From contig JAFGAR010000064.1 in assembly GCA_016933575.1 (NCBI GenBank), positions 64,001 through 128,000 on the forward strand: a DNA stretch of 64,000 nucleotides, read 5' to 3'. The notes beneath the pieces were generated by a model. That model saw nothing but the letters and a program-made list of their open reading frames with translations. It was not told the origin of the DNA and did no database searches. The stretch comes from Candidatus Thorarchaeota archaeon. GTDB taxonomy: Archaea > Asgardarchaeota > Thorarchaeia > Thorarchaeales > Thorarchaeaceae. Shown one piece after another: positions 58,605 to 64,000 of this stretch; position 1 is the first letter of the stretch, and each line of letters starts with the position of its first letter. The translations under genes and the position numbers were made by a program.

Positions 58605-58886
58605 TCATCCAGAAGCCTTCTTTATTCCGTTCCATGTGTATTTTGCTGCAAAACATCCTATACACATACACACCAACGAGATGAGTGCAAGTGTGGCAGT
58701 CCATGCAAAACTAGAGTATGCACCAAATGTAATCGCCATTAGAAAAAGAATGGGTCCATTGATACAAGTGCAAATTGTCACACAACAACTCAAAGCTAAT
58801 GTCAACAGGGTTCCAAAACTATCATCCTTTGGACCTGGGCTTGGTGGTGGTGGAGACTTGGGAATTTCAATTTCAGCCAAAACCAT
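58605..58886 (-). CDS. Small Pro-rich / Cys-rich membrane protein
   Basis: GGAGGG SD before ATG 58886; PKSPPPPSPGP, SCCVTICTC, CMCIGC. Confidence 0.6.
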   Translation of the reverse strand: MVLAEIEIPKSPPPPSPGPKDDSFGTLLTLALSCCVTICTCINGPILFLMAITFGAYSSFAWTATLALISLVCMCIGCFAAKYTWNGIKKASG

Positions 58887-58960
58887 ACCCCTCCAATATC
58901 GGTGACTTTCAATCCGCAAATCTAGATTTAAATTCTTAGGGTTTTTGTACAGATTTTATC

Positions 58961-60085
58961 CTACCATTTTGGCAGTTCTTCATATCTATGGCACATCACA
59001 AAATGCCCATCCTCAACCTCTCGGTATTCAGGTTTCTTCTCACGACAGACATCCTGAGCGAACTCGCATCTATCTTTGAATGGACATCCAATGATGATTT
59101 CAGCAAGATCTGGAGGTTTCCCGGGAATCCCTCTGATCCTTAATCCCTTTTCCTTTACCTTTCTGATGACCTCCATGGAGGGATTACTCATAATGAAAGC
59201 CCTTGTAAATGGATGCCCCGGTGATGTCATGATAGTTGCAGTACTACCAAACTCAACGATGTGTCCTGCTGTCATTACCGCGACCTTATCGCATGTCTGA
59301 GATATTGTGCCCTGATTATTGCTTATCATTAGCATTGACAAGTCCATTTCTTCTCTAGCTATTTGGATGGCTTCAAGAATTCGCAACTGAATAGCCATAT
59401 CTACTGCAGTAGTAGGTTCGTCTGCGATGAATAGAGCTGGATCTGGGACCAGAGCCATAGCAATTAGTACTCGCTGATCTTCACCTACACTGAATTGACG
59501 TGGTTTCATACCTTTTCGAATATCAACATCTCCCAACTCAATGAGGTCAAGAGTTTGAAGTACTTTCTTCATGACACGAATCTCATTCAGTGTATTATCT
59601 TCATCATGAGCATAGAGACTCTCCGCAGTCTGCTCCTCAATAGTAGAATACGGATTCAGTGATTTAGTTGATCCCTGCGGCACGTAGGTGATCTCAGCAC
59701 CTCTTATCTCTCTATACTCCTTTTCATCAAGAGTAAGCAGATCCTTCCCTTTGAACCAGATGTGCCCCTCCACTCCTGGAAGGTCTTCGCCTATATCCTT
59801 CGAGGTAAGCCCTTTTTTGTTTGCCTCATCTCGTAGTTTCCATAGCCGTTTGTTCTCTTCATTTGCAGCAGTTGAGGCGAAGTATCGTGAGAGATTATCA
59901 AAGATGCCTAGAATTGCGAGAGCAACAGTTGTCTTGCCTGCTCCTGACTCTCCGAAAAGACCAACTGATTCTCCCTTTCGAACTTCAAAACTGATATCAT
60001 TCACTGCTCGAATGAGACCCTTCTTTGATGTATAGAATGCCTTGAGTCCTTCAACTTTGAGTACTACATCATCATCAACGGTCAT
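58961..60085 (-). CDS. Orphan OppD-like ABC ATPase with degenerate signature and H-switch
   Basis: GESGAGKT, FSVGEDQR, IADEPTT, ISNN, GCPFKDRC. Confidence 0.88.
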   Translation of the reverse strand: MTVDDDVVLKVEGLKAFYTSKKGLIRAVNDISFEVRKGESVGLFGESGAGKTTVALAILGIFDNLSRYFASTAANEENKRLWKLRDEANKKGLTSKDIGEDLPGVEGHIWFKGKDLLTLDEKEYREIRGAEITYVPQGSTKSLNPYSTIEEQTAESLYAHDEDNTLNEIRVMKKVLQTLDLIELGDVDIRKGMKPRQFSVGEDQRVLIAMALVPDPALFIADEPTTAVDMAIQLRILEAIQIAREEMDLSMLMISNNQGTISQTCDKVAVMTAGHIVEFGSTATIMTSPGHPFTRAFIMSNPSMEVIRKVKEKGLRIRGIPGKPPDLAEIIIGCPFKDRCEFAQDVCREKKPEYREVEDGHFVMCHRYEELPKW

Positions 60086-60142
60086 AATTTTTCAATAGAG
60101 GTTTCATTGAAATACTCTATGGCTAGCGCATCAATGCTACTT

Positions 60143-61576
60143 TCAAATTGGTATTTCATCATCATCAATTGTGAAGGCCTTGTAAATGAAAGCCATACAG
60201 AGACCTATGAAAAAGATGATGATCATTATGTTTATCATCACTCCAGGTCCTGTCACATCATTTAGAATAAAGTACGGTTGGTTGATTCCCCATTGGGTCA
60301 AACCTGTAAGGAAACTGACAATCTCGATAGATGCCATCATAACTATCATGGACATTACTGAACCGAATAGACAGACCACTCTCTTAGTCCATACATGTTT
60401 GTACCAAGGCTTTCCTTTCAATCCCACTCGTTTCTCAGCTTCATACCAAAGTATTCCCCCTGTAAAGGAAACTGTCAAGTTCAAGAGATAGAACGGTATA
60501 TAGTACAGTACATTAGGAAACCCAAATTCAATTGCAAAATTCGGAATTTCATGATAGTAGACTGCTTCATGCGATGCTGCCCAATACACAAGAGACATCC
60601 AAAAAATCTGAAATAGAAGGATATGATATGAGGCTCTACCGACCCTCTGAACAAACCTCTGTACAGAACTTGTTGCTTTTTGCGGAATAGACATCATGGC
60701 CGCGAGAAAGAGTAACGCTGCATAGCCATAGAATAAGAGGGTATAATCGCCTCGAAAGATTACATCGATGAGTGAGAATGAGTCACCAACTATTCCTGGA
60801 ATTGACGAAAAGAAATGAGTCGTATAATCAGTCATGAATATCAGAGAGATTGGTACGTAGATACCCATGAACCAATTCCGCTTGTCAAACAGATTATACC
60901 CTTTCGAGAACCAGAGTCCCAAACCTATTGCAGGCAAAAAGAATAGAACAATTTGACGTATGATCGATACAAGAAATCCTTCAAGTTGACTCTCGAAAGG
61001 AAGCGGGAAAACAAAATGCATCAATAATTGTAGACTCAGCTCACTCAAAAAGCATAGAATTATGGTAATCTTGGGATATTTTGTGAATGACCAATAGACT
61101 AGTGGGAATACTAGAATCGAGCTGAATAGAAGAAAGATGAACCAGTTTCCAGGCCCCCAGAACGGAAGATATAGCAGGAGTAAAAATACACTGGTGTCTA
61201 GATATCCGAAATATAATCCGATAAGAATTGATGCCATATATAGAATAAGGAATGGAAAGACATAACGTACAATCTTGCGTTTGAAATATTCTTTTGTGTA
61301 GAGGTCTTTTAGGTCTGGAGAAGCAGTGTATTTGAATGAATACGCCATATTAAATCCCATTACTATAAGAAAGAATGGTATGGACAATCTCTCCCAGAAG
61401 AGACTACCAAGATATCCTTTGATCTCCCAAGTCAAGCTATGGTCCATTACGACAAAGGCAATAGCAACAGCTTTGAGAACATCAAGCTGAAAATAGTACG
61501 GTCTCTTACCACCATCTTCTTGTTCTCGTTCTTCTTCTATTTCTTCTGGCGATGTTTTCTCGTAAATCTCTGCCAA
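60143..61576 (-). CDS. Acyltransferase-3 family protein fused to C-terminal 'LNEVTGP' module
   Basis: FQLDVLKAVAIAFVVMDH, SIPFFLIVMG, RKIVRYVFP, PGNWF, GRASYHILLFQ; last ~90 aa homologous to 37773-38051. Confidence 0.88.
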   Translation of the reverse strand: MAEIYEKTSPEEIEEEREQEDGGKRPYYFQLDVLKAVAIAFVVMDHSLTWEIKGYLGSLFWERLSIPFFLIVMGFNMAYSFKYTASPDLKDLYTKEYFKRKIVRYVFPFLILYMASILIGLYFGYLDTSVFLLLLYLPFWGPGNWFIFLLFSSILVFPLVYWSFTKYPKITIILCFLSELSLQLLMHFVFPLPFESQLEGFLVSIIRQIVLFFLPAIGLGLWFSKGYNLFDKRNWFMGIYVPISLIFMTDYTTHFFSSIPGIVGDSFSLIDVIFRGDYTLLFYGYAALLFLAAMMSIPQKATSSVQRFVQRVGRASYHILLFQIFWMSLVYWAASHEAVYYHEIPNFAIEFGFPNVLYYIPFYLLNLTVSFTGGILWYEAEKRVGLKGKPWYKHVWTKRVVCLFGSVMSMIVMMASIEIVSFLTGLTQWGINQPYFILNDVTGPGVMINIMIIIFFIGLCMAFIYKAFTIDDDEIPI

Positions 61577-61726
61577 TGTCTTTCAATCGCGTAATGTCAA
61601 GTGAACCAAATATACCAATTGACCCGAGCATTCGATGACCAATGTATTGCAGATGATGTTACATGTCCGGCACATCCTTAAGGCAGATGTAACGGTTTCA
61701 AAGGCTAATATCTGAGGTTCCACCAC

Positions 61727-62947
61727 ATGGCATTTCTGAATAGATCAGTTGCATCAGTTTACATTGCATATGCCTTACAATCCACTGCGCAAGCCATCAG
61801 TTGGCAATTTGTGACCTATTTTGTCAAACATGAATTAAACACCCTTTCATTCATCCAACAATCCGCAGCATTTGCTGTTCCAGCGCTCGTAATCATGATT
61901 ATGACGAATGTTTGGGGTTCTCTCTCAGATAGAATGAAGAAACGTAAGATGTTCATGGTCATTGGTTTTCTTGGTTATGCTGCAACATTCTTCTTCTACG
62001 CATTTGTTCAAGATATATTCCAATATTTACTTGTCGCGATTATTGGAGCCCTACTTTCTTCGGCTACACTTCCCATGGGACAAGCTCATCTCACAATTAA
62101 TGCAATCAATAAAGGAGAGCGGCTTGGTTACTTTGTTGCAGCTCAATCTGCTGGGTGGTTCTTTGGAGCTCTATTCAGTGGAGCTTTCTATGATATCATT
62201 GGAATGAGAGCACTTTTCATTGTTGCTGCATTATTATCTTTAGGTGCCACAGGTAGCTCTGCAGCTTTAATTCGTGATATTCCCTTCAAGGATATTGATA
62301 TCACCATTGAACGTAGTTTTGGAGAGCTGTTAAGAAAACCTGGGATGAGTAGACTCACCATAGCGGTAGCCCTTAGTCAAATTGGAATGAATGCAATCTC
62401 TGCATTCCTTGCGATAATGATAGTTGATGAACTTGGTGGGGGCGATCCTTCTTTCTTGGTATTTGTGGGTTTAGCTAATTCAGGAGCAACACTCATCGCT
62501 GTTCTCTTAACCGGTCAATTGGGGAAGATTGTGGATAAGAGTGGACCAATTAAGGTCCTTATTGTGGCATATGTTTCATACACACTCTTTGCGTTTCTGT
62601 TTGGAATTGTTACAGATCCAATTATTGCAGCTATTATGTGGGCATTACCCATCTACCCACTATCAGCTGTTGCTACATCAACATTAGCTGCTAAAATCTC
62701 CGGAGAAGACGAGAGAGGCAGAGCGATGTCTCTTATCTACGCAGCACAAAACGCAGGGGGATGGATTGGGCCTCTAGTGGGCGGGTTCTTTGCAGAATAT
62801 GTCTTTCTTACCGTTCAACCAATATCATTCTTGAATATGCTCTTCAATATAGTCGCGCTATTACTAGCAATCTCACTTTTCAGAAATGCTTCACTAAGAG
62901 AACAATCGCATGAAAGTATCTCTGAGATCCAAGACGGGCAATATTGA
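61727..62947 (+). CDS. MFS transporter
   Basis: 12 TM; WGSLSDRMKKRK, GKIVDKSGP, ERGRAMS. Confidence 0.93.
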   Translation: MAFLNRSVASVYIAYALQSTAQAISWQFVTYFVKHELNTLSFIQQSAAFAVPALVIMIMTNVWGSLSDRMKKRKMFMVIGFLGYAATFFFYAFVQDIFQYLLVAIIGALLSSATLPMGQAHLTINAINKGERLGYFVAAQSAGWFFGALFSGAFYDIIGMRALFIVAALLSLGATGSSAALIRDIPFKDIDITIERSFGELLRKPGMSRLTIAVALSQIGMNAISAFLAIMIVDELGGGDPSFLVFVGLANSGATLIAVLLTGQLGKIVDKSGPIKVLIVAYVSYTLFAFLFGIVTDPIIAAIMWALPIYPLSAVATSTLAAKISGEDERGRAMSLIYAAQNAGGWIGPLVGGFFAEYVFLTVQPISFLNMLFNIVALLLAISLFRNASLREQSHESISEIQDGQY

Positions 62948-62973
62948 AATGAAAACATCATACCTCATTGTGC

Positions 62974-63819
62974 ATGCCAGATGGATGTACTGCTATAGCT
63001 AAAATCATTGGTAATCGTTCCATTCTTGCGAAAAATCGAGATCTCATCTGGACCGATTTCTGTGATACGGTTGTCTTTGAAAATGATGTCTTTATTGTGA
63101 CCGGCGTTGATACAAGTAACGCACAGATCTGCGGAGCGTCATTTGGAATGAACCGGTGGGGTCTTGTAGCATGCAATACTACCGTGTTAGTCACCCAAGA
63201 TACTGCATATGATATTCTACTTGAACGTGTATTGCGCGAATCTAAGACAATCGATGAAGCTTTTAATTTAGTACGGGCAGATTTGAATCATGGATCAAGA
63301 TATCAATGGTGCAATTTCATTCTTGCTTCTCCGCAGGGCGTCGGAGCCATTGAGATTGGTGATGGTGTGGCAGTCCTAGAGCAGGACTATATCATGATTG
63401 CCCGAACAAACCACCACCTTCTCTTACCAACCGCTGATATACTTCGACATGCTTCACCAGCAGAGCGTGAAGCGGGAGGTCCTCTTGCTACGAGTCAAAA
63501 TCGAAGACAAGAAGCCTTCAAGCTGCTACAAGAAGCAAAATCGACCAGTGACTTTATGCAGATTCTGAGTACGCATCACAAGGGTCGTGGGTTTGATTCT
63601 ATCTGCCGACATCGTCCAGATAATCCGCACACAGAACCATATCTTGGAGAGACTGTCTACAGCTATATTGCTGAGGTTTCTTATTTTGAACCTGAGAGAA
63701 TGGAATTTAGAATTAACGTTGCACCAGGGAATCCGTGTAGTAGCACCTATAAAGAATATCTCATTGATTTCAATGCCTCACCTCAAGAGAAAGAGAATAT
63801 CGTTCTTGATTTTCCATGA
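62974..63819 (+). CDS. Cys-nucleophile Ntn hydrolase (peptidase C45/C69 / acyltransferase-like)
   Basis: GCTA near the N-terminus, LAKNRD, GMNRWG, RTNH, ICRH. Confidence 0.8.
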   Translation: MPDGCTAIAKIIGNRSILAKNRDLIWTDFCDTVVFENDVFIVTGVDTSNAQICGASFGMNRWGLVACNTTVLVTQDTAYDILLERVLRESKTIDEAFNLVRADLNHGSRYQWCNFILASPQGVGAIEIGDGVAVLEQDYIMIARTNHHLLLPTADILRHASPAEREAGGPLATSQNRRQEAFKLLQEAKSTSDFMQILSTHHKGRGFDSICRHRPDNPHTEPYLGETVYSYIAEVSYFEPERMEFRINVAPGNPCSSTYKEYLIDFNASPQEKENIVLDFP

Positions 63820-63885
63820 TAACTTCTCCTGAATCGTTGCATATATGTGGGTGAAACAAGAGGTTCAATGCATAGAGGTGATACT

Positions 63886-64000
63886 GTGGATTTTGAGAAG
63901 TTCAGAGAAATTCTCCAAGGCTATTCGGTAACAACTGCAACTCCATTTAGTACTGACCTCACACAGATCGATACAAATGGCCTTTCGGAAAACATCGATT
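63886..64000 (+). CDS. DapA/DHDPS-family class I aldolase, N-terminal fragment (3'-truncated by window edge)
   Basis: GAGGTGA SD, then GTG: MDFEKFREILQGYSVTTATPFSTDLTQIDTNGLSENID (G...TPF...ID..L pattern). Confidence 0.7.
   Translation, partial: MDFEKFREILQGYSVTTATPFSTDLTQIDTNGLSENID

Noticed and set aside
43-63832. Numerous 60-140 aa antisense or out-of-frame ORFs in the track
   Set aside because: They are nested in or opposite well-supported genes and lack motifs; treated as shadow ORFs
1-64000. CRISPR arrays, tRNA/rRNA, IS elements, integrases, Sec/Pyl read-through
   Set aside because: By eye I found no spaced direct repeats, cloverleafs, transposase motifs or genes interrupted by in-frame TGA/TAG; tRNAscan-SE and Infernal would be needed to exclude small RNAs formally

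Overview
Gene-dense window from an archaeon, most consistent with an Asgard archaeon (Thorarchaeota-like). This is inferred from a Rab-like GTPase without a prenylation tail, TrpB2, AcdA, a single-OB SSB, GGAGGTGA Shine-Dalgarno sites and TATA promoters. I saw no rRNA, tRNA, CRISPR array or mobile element. The main system is at 1-14.5 kb: a complex I-like, non-hydrogenase respiratory cluster. Its only NuoB in the window is fused C-terminally to a GlcD/D-lactate-dehydrogenase-type FAD oxidoreductase. NuoEFG/FpoF are absent from the window. NuoD has no NiFe ligands and an altered quinone pocket. There are four antiporter-like subunits (an extra NuoM-like plus L, M, N), and the NuoL lateral helix carries a visible ~26-residue duplication, as expected for a lengthened '2M' membrane arm. 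Other notable items are an ~90-aa two-helix membrane module present three times (alone, fused to a DUF5658-like protein, fused to an acyltransferase-3); a 1892-aa FG-GAP/Ig-like ectodomain protein on a seven-helix membrane domain; TrpY-type TRP boxes and a long structured leader upstream of trpB2; a macrodomain + pseudo-macrodomain + Nudix trio; two non-canonical transcarbamylases; and two orphan OppD-like ATPases, one degenerate. The rest is peptide uptake and catabolism (Opp/Dpp, Ntn hydrolases, aminotransferase), oxidative-stress defence (FprA, rubrerythrin, CoADR/Nox) and hypothetical membrane proteins. All calls come from motif recognition by eye; no searches were run.
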